Source: Octopus sinensis | Taxonomy: Eukaryota | DNA: 64,000 nt | Direction of reading: 5' to 3' | Assembly (NCBI RefSeq): GCF_006345805.1 | Contig: NC_043026.1 | Coordinates: forward strand, 6,758,001 to 6,822,000 | Shown here: one piece after another, positions 50,801 to 59,415 of the stretch | Layout of the letters: each line of letters begins with the position of its first letter | How positions within the stretch are numbered: position 1 is the stretch's first letter | Made by a program: the position numbers and the translations under genes | The notes under the pieces: model-generated | Seen by the model: only the letters and a program-made list of their open reading frames with translations | What the model was told of the DNA's origin: nothing | Database searches by the model: none

Positions 50801-51761
50801 ATCTTACTATTTCTCACAGATCAACCCCCACCCCATATAGTAGCCCTTGTTGGTCCTTACCTCTGTACTGATCTTAGCGGGGACACTTGCAAAGTCAGGT
50901 GAAGAAGCAAAACAAGTCAATTCGTCAACAGCCTTGAGGAGGGGCACTGCAGCTTTTGCACAGTTTTGGCGGTTTTCTTCAGTGAAATCAATGTCGAGGT
51001 TCTGTAAAGAGACACGAGAAATACATCAAAGACAATTGATAATGACAATTACAGCATCAGTAATAATAAGTTATTCTTTTATTAGCCACAAGGGCTTACA
51101 TACAAAACATTAAAAGACATGCAACAACATATAAGACAAAAAGAGGATGACAGAAAGGGTTTTGCAGTCATCATCATCATCGTTTAACGTCCGCTTTCCA
51201 TGCTAGCATGGGTTGGACGGTTCAACTGGGGTCTGGGAAGCCCAAAGGCTGCACCAGGCCCAGTCTGATCTGGCAATGTTTCTATGGCTGGATGCCCTTC
51301 CTAACGCCAACCACTCCATGAGTGTAGAGAGTGCTTTTTATGTGCCACCGACACAGGTGCCAGATGAGGCTGGCAAACGGCCACGAACGGATGGTGCTTT
51401 TTACATGCCACCGGCACGATTTACGTGCCACATGTTAACAATATAATTAAAAATTAAACAAATTAAACTCCCAAAAGGGTTAAGAGGAAAAATAATCAGC
51501 AGAAGACATTGACCCCCAAAAGGTTGAACTACAAAGTCGACCTTGGTGGAATTTGAACTCAAAACATGGAGATGGATGAAATGCTTTGTTGGGACTTACC
51601 TTGATAGCAGCTACCAGGTTGGCAGTGCTGTTGGCAACTTCTTTGGCAGCCTGAACGAAGTGGCGCCGAGCTACAGGGTTGCTGGTCATTGACGATGCTA
51701 GTCGGCAGGCATTACATAGGGCAGATGTGTGTTTAGCAACAACAGTAGCAGCAGAGAGGAC
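11449..51761 (-). CDS. TLN1: Talin (talin-1-like), partial multi-exon CDS: 16 exons, about 799 codons, rod R8/R7 to end of R12; gene continues beyond both window ends
   Basis: Exon translations match the vertebrate talin rod in colinear order ([23 protein letters not shown]; SAPGQKECD; [11 protein letters not shown]; [10 protein letters not shown]; [14 protein letters not shown]; [17 protein letters not shown]; [15 protein letters not shown]). All introns are GT-AG with matching phases, apart from one 1-nt deficit near 39755. Confidence 0.97.
11670..12530 (+). mobile_element. Cluster of three family C elements (RTE-tail-like SINEs ending in GAT repeats)
   Basis: Core GAGTGGTTGGCATTAGGAAGGGCATCCAGCTGTAGAAAC...GGACGTTAAACGATGATG. 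Other copies: + at 58880-59370, 61840-61995; - at 17540-17810, 29530-29790, 30085-30250, 41435-41800, 43215-43520, 51170-51430. Confidence 0.8.
12661..12765 (-). CDS. TLN1: Talin exon (R12): [35 protein letters not shown]
   Basis: 105 nt, phase 0/0; acceptor CTCTTCTAG|GCT, donor TAC|GTAAGT. Translated by hand; positional homologue of human GRECANGYLELLDHVLL. Confidence 0.93.
12884..13265 (+). mobile_element. Two tandem, diverged piggyBac-type MITEs
   Basis: ttaacccttttgttacc...aaagggctaa, then aaccttttgttacc...aaaagggttaa; internal similarity to the 1258 family. Confidence 0.6.
13348..13533 (-). CDS. TLN1: Talin exon (R12): [62 protein letters not shown]
   Basis: 186 nt, phase 0/0; acceptor TTCTCCAG|GTG, donor AAA|GTAAG; matches human [21 protein letters not shown]. 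Confidence 0.97.
14125..14348 (+). mobile_element. 3' end of an R4/Dong-like non-LTR element; inverted copy at about 54545-54790 and a diverged relative at about 33925-34100
   Basis: Degenerate ...[24 protein letters not shown] terminus running into (TAA)n. Confidence 0.6.
14349..14856. repeat. Compound (AAT/GAT/AAA)n trinucleotide tract of about 510 bp
   Basis: Direct reading; source of the poly-I and poly-L ORF artefacts. Confidence 0.98.
14863..14979 (-). CDS. TLN1: Talin exon (R11/R12): [39 protein letters not shown]
   Basis: 117 nt, phase 0/0; acceptor TTCTTACAG|ACA, donor CGA|GTACGT; near-identical to human [18 protein letters not shown]. Follows a 21,055-nt intron. Confidence 0.97.
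16219..16613 (+). mobile_element. Non-autonomous Helitron-like element, copy 1
   Basis: 5' A|TC; 3' short hairpin cccg-agcaacgc-cggg followed by CTAG|T; second copy at 32618-32996. Confidence 0.7.
18126..18400 (-). promoter_or_regulatory. Candidate internal first exon (A-rich leader ending ATG|GTGAGT); 5' boundary approximate
   Basis: Consensus donor GTGAGT (18125-18120) directly after an ATG (18128-18126), in phase 0 with the 14979 exon. Non-repetitive A-rich leader with no upstream pyrimidine acceptor. Confidence 0.3.
21380..21468. repeat. 27-bp minisatellite, about 3 copies (aagggggattgaaccaggacatcttgt)
   Basis: Direct reading. Confidence 0.85.
22446..22680. repeat. Fold-back / MITE-like element (arms about 75 bp)
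   Basis: ...gactaaggaaaatagtctaataaaggggcatagaagccctcga versus tcgagggcttatatgccccgttattagactattttactaagtc... Confidence 0.8.
22892..22942 (-). CDS. Candidate alternative last exon of talin: [16 protein letters not shown]
   Basis: Strong acceptor TTCTTTAACGCTTTTTCTTGTTTCAG|GTT in phase 0; AATAAA overlaps the TAA stop. Sequence signals only. Confidence 0.3.
   Translation of the reverse strand, partial: VITISYDSWKQNESTK
23040..23222. repeat. Interrupted (TA)n microsatellite
   Basis: Direct reading. Confidence 0.97.
23900..24730 (-). mobile_element. Cluster of four tandem SINE family B copies (tRNA head plus Nin/Deu-like core)
   Basis: Repeated GAGTTCAAATTCC B-box and GTCGACTTTGCCTTTCATCCTTTCGGGGTCGATAAATTAAGTACC core. 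Other copies at about 4150-4580, 8700-8906, 13590-13972, 33668-33875, 39140-39260, 47885-48100, 48490-48690, 51510-51590 (all -) and 42040-42160 (+). Confidence 0.85.
25529..25592. repeat. Perfect 28-bp stem with 8-nt loop, inside a degenerate fold-back (about 25470-25655)
   Basis: tgtctccaagcaatcttcaggctctgag-cacatagt-ctcagagcctgaagattgcttggagaca. Confidence 0.92.
27577..28120. repeat. Degenerate tandem array of units of about 75-110 bp (tagaaatagcagccaaatctccctcaaatcacac...gagggagacc); two more units at about 29170-29360
   Basis: About six recognisable units by eye. Confidence 0.8.
29924..30052. mobile_element. Tc1/mariner-pogo-type MITE
   Basis: TIRs CAGGGTGATTCAAAAGTC(A/G)CCAT at both ends; TA on the left flank. 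Confidence 0.75.
30724..31317 (-). mobile_element. Inverted second copy of the two-MITE composite (30728-30943, 31094-31314)
   Basis: Reverse complement of 1254-1857, including the same spacer (ctctacatttgggcagatgcacattagaagcag...gattatttttcttc). Confidence 0.8.
31735..32129 (-). mobile_element. SINE family A, full-length copy
   Basis: Near-identical to 7711-8097. Confidence 0.85.
32195..32315 (+). mobile_element. LINE 3' remnant with frameshifted C2H2-like zinc finger
   Basis: [13 protein letters not shown], then in another frame LKKHIRVH, resembling the terminal zinc finger of RTE-type ORF2. Confidence 0.5.
32618..32996 (+). mobile_element. Non-autonomous Helitron-like element, copy 2
   Basis: Highly similar to 16219-16613 with an internal deletion; ends ...gccgggtgatactgCTAG|T. 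Confidence 0.7.
36035..36160 (-). CDS. TLN1: Talin exon (R11, integrin-binding site 2 helix): [42 protein letters not shown]
   Basis: 126 nt, phase 0/0; acceptor CTGTATAG|GTT, donor AAG|GTAAGT; matches human [22 protein letters not shown]. Ser replaces the second IBS2 Lys, as in Drosophila talin. Confidence 0.96.
36342..36560 (+). mobile_element. hAT-type MITE, copy 1 (219 bp)
   Basis: Imperfect TIRs CAGTGCTTTTCAA / TTGAAAACCACTG; 8-bp flanks resembling the nTCTAGAn target preference of hAT-Charlie elements. Confidence 0.85.
36726..36944 (+). mobile_element. hAT-type MITE, copy 2 (219 bp, direct repeat of copy 1)
   Basis: Near-identical to 36342-36560 with only a few substitutions; same termini. 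Confidence 0.85.
37994..38330 (+). mobile_element. 3' remnant of an RLE-type (HERO-like) non-LTR retrotransposon
   Basis: Translates [32 protein letters not shown], then in a shifted frame [27 protein letters not shown] and WLW-KR motifs are typical of RLE C-termini. Confidence 0.7.
38523..38706 (-). CDS. TLN1: Talin exon (R11): [61 protein letters not shown]
   Basis: 184 nt, phase 2/0; acceptor ATCCAG|A, donor CAG|GTCAGT; matches human EGILKTAKVLVEDTK...[11 protein letters not shown]. Confidence 0.96.
39348..39613. repeat. Fold-back inverted repeat (arms about 110 bp, loop about 44 bp)
   Basis: attctgttgtgtctggggagagtcatt...aaaattttcgttg versus caacgaaaatttt...aatgactctccccagacacaacagaat. 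Confidence 0.92.
39675..39840 (-). CDS. TLN1: Talin exon (R10/R11): [28 protein letters not shown][frameshift][26 protein letters not shown](K)
   Basis: 166 nt, whereas the flanking phases (0/2) need 3n+2 = 167. Acceptor CCTTACCAG|GCT, donor AA|GTAAG. Both halves match human [36 protein letters not shown], but in different frames. Confidence 0.93.
39978..40365. repeat. Degenerate minisatellite of about 25 bp built on the palindrome CACATGTG
   Basis: At least seven perfect CACATGTG plus variants. Confidence 0.75.
40595..40741 (-). CDS. TLN1: Talin exon (R10): [49 protein letters not shown]
   Basis: 147 nt, phase 0/0; acceptor TTTCAG|GTG, donor AAG|GTGAG; matches human ELGHGCAALVTKAGALQCSPSD. 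Confidence 0.95.
41010..41214 (+). mobile_element. 5'-truncated piggyBac-type MITE of the 1258 family
   Basis: gagatgctctgtgtctctttcaattaattttaaatataacaaagaatttag...gtatcgaaagggttaa. Confidence 0.7.
41270..41389 (-). CDS. TLN1: Talin exon (R10): [40 protein letters not shown]
   Basis: 120 nt, phase 0/0; acceptor TTTCTTTGCAG|CTT, donor GAG|GTAAG. Translated by hand; matches human ELGPLANQLTSDYGRLAS. Confidence 0.95.
42559..42660 (-). CDS. TLN1: Talin exon (R10): [34 protein letters not shown]
   Basis: 102 nt, phase 0/0; acceptor TTCTCCACAG|ACT, donor ATG|GTAAG; matches human SFVDYQTTMVRTAKAIA. Confidence 0.95.
44838..45165 (+). mobile_element. 5'-truncated tRNA-derived SINE flanked by a direct duplication of about 65-75 bp
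   Basis: Begins inside a B-box (ggttttcgattccc); flanks 44763-44837 and 45177-45241 are direct repeats. Confidence 0.65.
45319..45465 (-). CDS. TLN1: Talin exon (R9/R10): [49 protein letters not shown]
   Basis: 147 nt, phase 0/0; acceptor GTTCAG|GCG, donor GAG|GTATG; matches human EAASAAGVVGGMVDSITQA. Confidence 0.96.
45689..45917 (+). mobile_element. Second piggyBac-type MITE family; related copies at about 6250-6535 (+), 50578-50797 (-) and 52018-52197 (+)
   Basis: TTAA|CCCTTTAG...CTAAAGG(A/G)|TTAA ends; shared core ctctcacacctaccctacaatgtcattct. Confidence 0.7.
46583..46963 (-). mobile_element. SINE family A, full-length copy
   Basis: Near-identical to 7711-8097. Confidence 0.85.
47665..47835 (-). 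CDS. TLN1: Talin exon (R9): [57 protein letters not shown]
   Basis: 171 nt, phase 0/0; acceptor TTTCCAG|ATC, donor AAG|GTAAC; matches human ESALQLLYTAKEAGGNPK. Confidence 0.96.
48131..48490 (+). mobile_element. Helentron/HINE-like non-autonomous element
   Basis: Subterminal motif acctccgccaaggc near the 5' end; terminal hairpin acctctgcctt-cgct-aaggcagaggt (48463-48488). A degraded reverse end occurs near 7485-7520. Confidence 0.5.
49037..49271 (-). CDS. TLN1: Talin exon (R9): [34 protein letters not shown]...[11 protein letters not shown]
   Basis: 235 nt, phase 2/0; acceptor TTCCCACAG|G, donor ATG|GTGAGT; matches human DKAPGQLECETAIAALN. Confidence 0.96.
49484..49720 (+). mobile_element. 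tRNA-derived SINE with V-domain-like core; related copies at about 21900-22170 (-) and 57310-57510 (-)
   Basis: cagtggttagggtgttgg...ggtttcgattcctgg followed by ttgtgtccttgagcaaaacacttt. Confidence 0.6.
49888..50069 (-). CDS. TLN1: Talin exon (R7): [60 protein letters not shown](K)
   Basis: 182 nt, phase 0/2; acceptor TTTAAACAG|GCT, donor AA|GTAAG; matches human LAVNPRDPPSWSVLAGHSRTVSDSIKKL. Confidence 0.96.
50861..51001 (-). CDS. TLN1: Talin exon (R8/R7): [47 protein letters not shown]
   Basis: 141 nt, phase 0/0; acceptor CTCTTTACAG|AAC, donor GAG|GTAAG. Translated by hand (absent from ORF track); matches human ALDGAFTEENRAQCRAATAPLLEAVD. Confidence 0.95.
51600..51761 (-). CDS. TLN1: Talin exon (R8): [54 protein letters not shown]
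   Basis: 162 nt, phase 0/0; acceptor GCCAG|GTC, donor AAG|GTAAG; homologous to human [24 protein letters not shown]. Confidence 0.96.
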
Positions 51762-52276
51762 CTGGCAGCGCAACGCAGAGCGGAAAAGAAACAAGGAAAC
51801 CAGTTAAGAAACCAGAGAAAGATTTCAAACAAATTCATAAAAAGGGATCACAATAAACAAAAACGGGGTTTCCTTTACAGTTGGTGGTGGGCATTAACTT
51901 CATAGTTTGGCAAAATAGAGAGCATACAGTTATACATACATCCGTATCGGTGTGTGTGTGTATGTGTGTGTGTGTGTATATATATATATGTGTGTGTGTG
52001 TATATATATGTGTGTATTAATCCTTTAGCATTTAGACTGATCATATTTGGCCAAAAGATCCTGCTTTATGTCCAGATTGGCCAGACCTGGCCTCTCACAC
52101 CTACCCTACAATGTCATTCTAAGAATAAACAATCATACGAAATGAGAATCTATGCATCTGTGAGATAATCACATTTAACAGAGTAATATAAAGGTTAACG
52201 AGTTAAATGTATGTATGTTTTATATATATATAAATATATATATATATACATACATATATATATATATATATACGTA

Positions 52277-52309
<33 letters not shown>

Positions 52310-53112
52310 CTGTGTATCAATGTAAGATATATGTGTATGTGCAAGAAACAGAGGGCCACATTCATTTTAACACACAACAGTACAAATACACATACATATG
52401 TGAGTGTGTGTGTGTGTGTATATGTACACACACACACACACAAACACACACGAGTTATTACATTCAATATAAAATGAGTTTAAAAAAATGAAAAAGAAAT
52501 GGGTGAATTAAAGTAGCCATTACAAAACAACAAAACAATTTAATATAAAGCAAACGATTTTTAAACAAAAAATGAAAAAAACAAACAACCTGAAAAACTA
52601 CAAATGGGAGAAAAAATATAAAAACTGTAAGAAAAGAAAATTTAATTCAGATATCCTATTGGGGTTCAATTCTAAGCTGCTGCAATAAACGACGTTTGAA
52701 GCCAGTGCTTTGACCTAAAAGAAAATTTAGTTAAGTCCACTGAGCTTGGAGTGATGGAAAAAAGGGTTAACTGTACTTATTTTATCAAGGGAAAAATTGT
52801 CACCACATACAGACATACACACATATTATATTTCTACATTTGGTTATGATTAAATTTCTGCTGTAGCTATTATGTCATGTACATTACATAACACATAGGA
52901 CTAAATCATTGTTATTACCCCTGGTTATGGACATGATATTTGAGTGGGCACGTAATTCTTGCTCTACAGTTACAAAACCTTGACAATGTTCATGGCATTT
53001 AGGAGTTGCTTAAACTTCTTGCAGCTTCACAGGATTATGAACTACCAATGGTCAAATTCCATATCCAACCTACAACAGCAGTCAAAAAACTGGGATGCAT
53101 CCAGTTACTTCA

Positions 53113-53275
53113 ATGATTTGGGAGCATCAGCTGAGACTGGTTGGCCATGTTGCTTCATTTTCCAAGTTGGATCCAGTGTATTGTGTCCTCCGCTCTGAGG
53201 ATCCAGCTGGGGGTGATACCTCCTGATGGTCGGCCACTTTTCAATCACCATCATGGATTTGACCAGCACACATTG
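53113..53275 (+). mobile_element. RTE-clade LINE ORF2 C-terminal remnant
   Basis: Translates IWEHQLRLVGHVASFSKLDPVYCVLRSEDP, similar to the QLRWxGHVARxxxxDP motif of RTE elements. Confidence 0.6.
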
Positions 53276-55784
53276 TGCATTTCATGTTGAAACATTTATC
53301 AAGAAAGCTAAATTTGGGAGGTTCATTGCTGCACCCTATATACATGAGTGTGTGTGTGTGTGTATATACACACACAACACATTCGTTCATTTATTAAATG
53401 TCTGTTTGTCCCATATTACAAAAGGTTTAAACAAGGACTTATTTAAAGGTGGGATTCTATAGTAGGACGCTCTTCCCGTCTCTAACCCTTACCAGTTGTT
53501 TAAGTAAGGAATTCCTTAAATTCTGCAAGTCTTCAAAAAAAATAAAACCCCAAAAAACAGACCAACTGGTCATAGTGTCAACAATGAAACGCCGCCACCA
53601 CCACCACCACTCTTCTAAACGGTGACAAATTAAACGAGATTCGTTAATAATTTGAATTAAAGCAATATTAATTGCGTAATACTAAAATTAAGTACCATTT
53701 CTTTCTAATTGAAATATAATTTCCACAAAAATTAACAGAAACAAATACATACATACTAAAAAAAAAAATAACATAATTGAAATTAAAACAAAAAACAACA
53801 ACAAAACAATGAACAAGTATAATTAACAAAAATGAAATTGGTGTTAGTTTATTTCTACCACTACTACTACTGCTATTATTTATTCCTGCTAAAAGTGGTA
53901 GTAGTAGTAATGTACTACAGTCAGTATGACTACAAATAGTATATACTACTTACTGCTGCTATCACTACTAATACTACTACTAATACTACTAGTAATAATA
54001 ATAATTCTATCATTAAAACTTGCTGCTGATACTACTACATCTACTAGTACACTATGGCCAGCACACTCATCAATACTTATGATGCAACTACCACCACCAC
54101 CACTACCACCGTCACCATCAGTTGTTACTACTATTACTACTACACGTGTAGGGGCTCCTTGAATAGCCTTAGGTGGTGGTTCTAACCCCTGATACTTCAG
54201 TCTACTACCAAGGGGTATATCTATAATATGCGGGCATGGCTGTGTGGTTAGGGAGCTTGCTTCCTAGCTACATGGTTTCGGGTTCAGTCCCACTGCATGG
54301 CACTTTGGGTAGGTGTCTTCCACTATAGCCCCGAGCTGACCGAAGCTTTGTGATTGAATTCGGTAGGCGGAAGTTACTGCCGTGTGTGTATGTGTGCGTA
54401 TAGCTGTTCAGTGCCTCTCCGAAAGAGAGAGAGAGGGGGAGTAAACTGCTTTCATTTAATTCCTGTATAAACCCCTAAATTTTGTGTTACCTTTCTCCAC
54501 CACAACGTCTGCTCTTACACCACACTAAAAGACATTATTATTATTATTATTATCAACGTTGCACAGTATACAATATTGTGAGGTTGTTGGTTGAAGATAT
54601 TGTGTCTACCGGTGGGGCTTGTATTCTGTCAAGTCACAACAAGGGCCTCAGATACAGAGTGCTTTGCACAATATGCGTGTAAGTTCCAAGTAATGCTGAC
54701 TTTTGCAATACATCTAGATTGTAGGGTATTTCTAAGGTTTTCTATATCTAAAAGTGCTGGCACCATAGCAACAACCAACAAAAAATGTGATTTTCCCCAT
54801 TCTTGTTCTACACTTGGAATTTCTTGAAATTCTTCCAAGTGATAACTGGATCTACTTATACACAAGGAATTACTTTGGATGTTAATTCTATTTGAATTTA
54901 CCTCTTGATATAGTTAACCAAATTCTATTAATACTGAGAGCTTCGTAGATATCTGTTTGGATTTGTTAATCCGTTTTACCTCCAATATATATTGCTTATA
55001 ATGCGTGTATATATGTATATACCTGTAAACTAAACAAAATATATAAAAAAAGTTGAACAAAAACAATGTAAGACATGCACTACTGGTACACACACTTAAA
55101 TGTAGGAACGTACACAATTACATGCATCTATCTCCATGAAGACATGAATTTTTAAAAGGGAAAGGTTGATAGGGACTTTAGAGCTTCAGTTTAGTTGCCA
55201 TTGTCAGATTGTCTTATGAGGACAAGCCAGCAAAAACTTTGAGTTCACAGTCAATTTTCCCCTTAAAAAAATTTTAAAAAAAGATGTACTCTAGTACAAG
55301 TATTGAGTAGTACTTTAATGTTAAATTGTTTTTCTTTTTATGTATAGCTTACACATGTATGCATATATGTATGTAATAGTGATGAACAGTGGGAATGAGT
55401 GCTCAACACCACATTAGGTGAATAAATATCCTTTATTGTGGTTTAATAAGGCAACCAATGGTTTCATGTGCAAAAGGTAACCACAATTTTCAAGCTATCT
55501 ACTTGTGAATGTTGGTAATCCTTTTATATAAACGCATATCCATGTAGACTTATTTATAAGTCTACATGGATATTTATATAATTATATATATATATATACA
55601 CATAGTGTATATGTGTGTATGCATGTAGGTATGTGTATATATATATATATATATCAATGTGATTGTGGAAAACAGTGTGAACAAGTATTCAACAACATAT
55701 TTGTTAGATAAATATTCTTTTTCTTTGTGGATTAACATTACCGTTAATGCTAGCAATGTTAACACAAATAACATGAATGAATGA

Positions 55785-55830
<46 letters not shown>

Positions 55831-58149
55831 ACATAGACCTTGTATTGAAATCAAAGAGTAGTTTTCTGAGAGAATTCCAGGTTACAGCCAAACATACCAG
55901 GGTGCAACACTCCAATAAGTGCCTTAATTCTATATCATCAGAGGCCTTCTACTATAAGAGCCCCAATAAAGAATTGAGCAACTTGAAGCAGCTGTTCCAT
56001 TGGTGGGGCTTATATTTGAATAAAAATAAACCGCTTCAACCGATATTGAGCACTGTATACCTTGATTAGGGTCATCTCTTGCACACACAGATACACTTAC
56101 AGCAAGATACATTTTCATACAAGAAACACATATAATATATATACATGCATTACAGAATGCAGTTGCATGGTACATGCATATTAATGAAAGCACATTTTTA
56201 CATCGCAAAAGTTGTGCGGGTATATGTAAAATGTGTGTGTGTATAGGTATGTGAAACTAAGAATATGGTAAGACAGTTCTCTAATGAATAAATGTGAGAG
56301 CAATGAAGGAACCAATTAAAATAGCTCTATCCCCCCCCCCACCAACAATTGTTTACTCTTGCAGATTCCATAGATATTTTGACAATGATGTAAAGTTAAA
56401 TTTTACTCCAGGATTGAAATGAATGTGTGTGTTGGACATAACGAGTTTTAAATGTCTTTTCTGTTAACCCTATATGTACCAATTACCAATTCAATTTCAT
56501 CTGTTGCTCTATACAGTAGACACTTTCCATCAAGGGGACAGTTAAATTGGTTTCGGGTTGTAGTTGCATCTGTGTGTGTATACATTTATACACATACATG
56601 AATATGTGAAAAAAAGGGGTTAGTAGAGCAAAAAAAAAAACCCTCGGGTGCATGCATATGCCAGCCTTGTGCAAAATTGTGCATATTCAGATATAAAACA
56701 TGCATTTGTCAATATGTATGCATATTTGTGCTTGTGTGTGTATGTACAGAAGTATGGTATGTGCATGTATATTATATTATATATATATATATATATGCAC
56801 ATATACACAAAGCATACTTTTGAGTGAGTATATATGTGAGATCTGTTTACACTCATATGTAAAAGTATATAACTGTGTGTGTGTATGTATGTGTGTTATA
56901 TAGATGTATATTTATATATATACACACACATACATATACACACCTTCACATACTTAATATATGACCAAGGATTGTGTATGTATATCATCTTGTGTATGTA
57001 TGTATGTATGTATGTACGTGTGTTATACTAAGTGTGCCCAAATTACCTCAAGTCTCATTTTTTTCTGAAACAGATATACATATACACACATATATATATA
57101 TATACATAAACATAAATATATACAAACATATATACATACATAACTTATTTAAAATACACAGACAATTATACATACACACACATATATATACATACAAACA
57201 TATACATCCATATATATATGAACACACACACATATACATACATACACACACTTCAAAATTTTCAAATTTCTTTCGTGTATATGAATGTGTGTGTATATAT
57301 ATCATGGTATTGACCAGAATATTGGATGTTATACATTGCTTGTCACAATGCGCTTCACATCGTTTTAGCTGTCAAATGATGCCACCCTGCTCGCTAGGTG
57401 GTGCAATGTGAAATGAAGTGCTTTGCTCAGGAACAAAATGCCACCGCCTGGTCTGGGAATCGAACCCACGACCTAGCGGCTGTAAGCACAGCACCCTAAC
57501 CACTAGGCCACACACACACATATATATATAAAACAAGATAAAAATTAACATTGGCGATTAATACAGAAAATAAAACCTGCTCTAATCCCTTGCTCCCCCC
57601 TCCACAAACTTTCAAACAGCAAAGCAGACAACAATAACAACACAAAAGACAGCAACAATAACAAAAAAAAAAAGAAACGAACATCAGTGAGGGAGCTACT
57701 GTGTAATCACTCAACCAGCTAGAAATAACAACCAAATAACCCTACAATCTTAAAAAATGGAAGGTCATTAAATAATGCAGTCTCAGAGGCATTATGTTTG
57801 AATAAAGGTTGGGATGGACATGGTAGGAACGGAATTTTTTGGTCAAGACTGCCTTAAGGCTAAATGATATCAACAGTAGAGACACACAATATAATGTACT
57901 CCTAGATACACTAAGACAGAATGTAAAATGGTATAGTTACATGTCTACTGAAAGTGGAACATACAGCCGGTGTTGGTGTGTTTATGTCTGTGTAACTTAG
58001 CAGTTTGGCAAAAGGGACTGATAGAATAAGTACCAGGTTTTAGAATAAAAAAGTACTGGGGTTGATTCATTTGATTACGTATATTCAAGGTAGTGCTCCA
58101 GCATGGCCGCAGTCTAATGACTGATACAAATAAAAGAGAAAATATATAT

Positions 58150-58548
58150 TTACTCATTTACTTGTTTCAGTCATCTGACTGTGGTCATGCTGGAGCACCG
58201 CCTTTAGTCGAGGAACTCGACCCCAGGACTTATTCTTTGTAAGCCTAGTACTTATTCTATCGGTCTCTTTTGCCGAACCGCTAAGTTACGGGAACGTAAA
58301 CACACCAGCATCGGTTATCAAGCGATGTTGGGGGGTGGGTAACACAACACACAAACATACACATATATATATATATACATATATACGACGGGCTTCTTTC
58401 AGTTTCCGTCTACCAAATCCACTCACAAGGCTTTGGTCGACCTGAAGCTATAGTAGAAGACACTCGCCCAAGATGCCACGCAGTGGGACTAAACCCAGAA
58501 CCATGTGGTTGGTTAGCAAGCTACTTACCACACAGCCACTCCTACGCC
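58150..58548 (-). mobile_element. SINE family A, full-length copy, adjacent to an oppositely oriented 3' half (about 57958-58137); partial copies at 42870-43170, 48800-48962 and 54229-54380
   Basis: Same head and tail motifs; the tail-to-tail arrangement forms a local inverted repeat. Confidence 0.8.
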
Positions 58549-58624
<76 letters not shown>

Positions 58625-58825
58625 TATATATATGTTCAATTTGCTTTGGATGAATGCCTCAGAATCACAAACACAAGATTCATCGTTATTATGAATGATC
58701 TTTAATAATATTTATGGATGTGAAAATGTACTCACTAATGAGCTGCTGGGATACAGAAACATATGTTGTGATACATTAAGAAAACCTATAAATTTGTACC
58801 AAGTCATTTTTGTTATTACATACAC

Positions 58826-58866
<41 letters not shown>

Positions 58867-59370
58867 ATATATATGAAGTGAGACTGTAGTCATGGCTGCT
58901 GCCAGTGTCGTGTAACTGGCCTGTTAAAAAGCACCCTTCAATCGGGCGATATGCTGTGCTTGTGAAAACCTGTTGAATTGAGTGAAATCAGTCGTGGCTG
59001 ATGGTAATAATGTCTGACTAGCATGCATGCAGGTGACACGTAAAAAGCACCATTAAAGCGTTGGGCCTCATGGAGGCAGTGACATGTGACCAAGATCCTC
59101 GGTGATAAACCATGCTTGTGTTGACCTGTCAAGCCAAGTGAAACTGTAGTTGTGACCAATGCTGGTTTCAGGTCAATGGCAGCCATGCTGGTGGTATGTA
59201 AAAAACATCCACTACTCTCTCGGAGTGGTTGGCATTAGGAAGGGCATCCAGCTGTAGAAGCCTTGTTAAATCAGACTGGAACTTGGTGCAGCTGCCTGGC
59301 TTACCAGTTTTCAGTAAAACCGTCCAACCCATGCCAACATGGAAAGTGGATGATGATGATGATGAGGATG

Positions 59371-59415
<45 letters not shown>

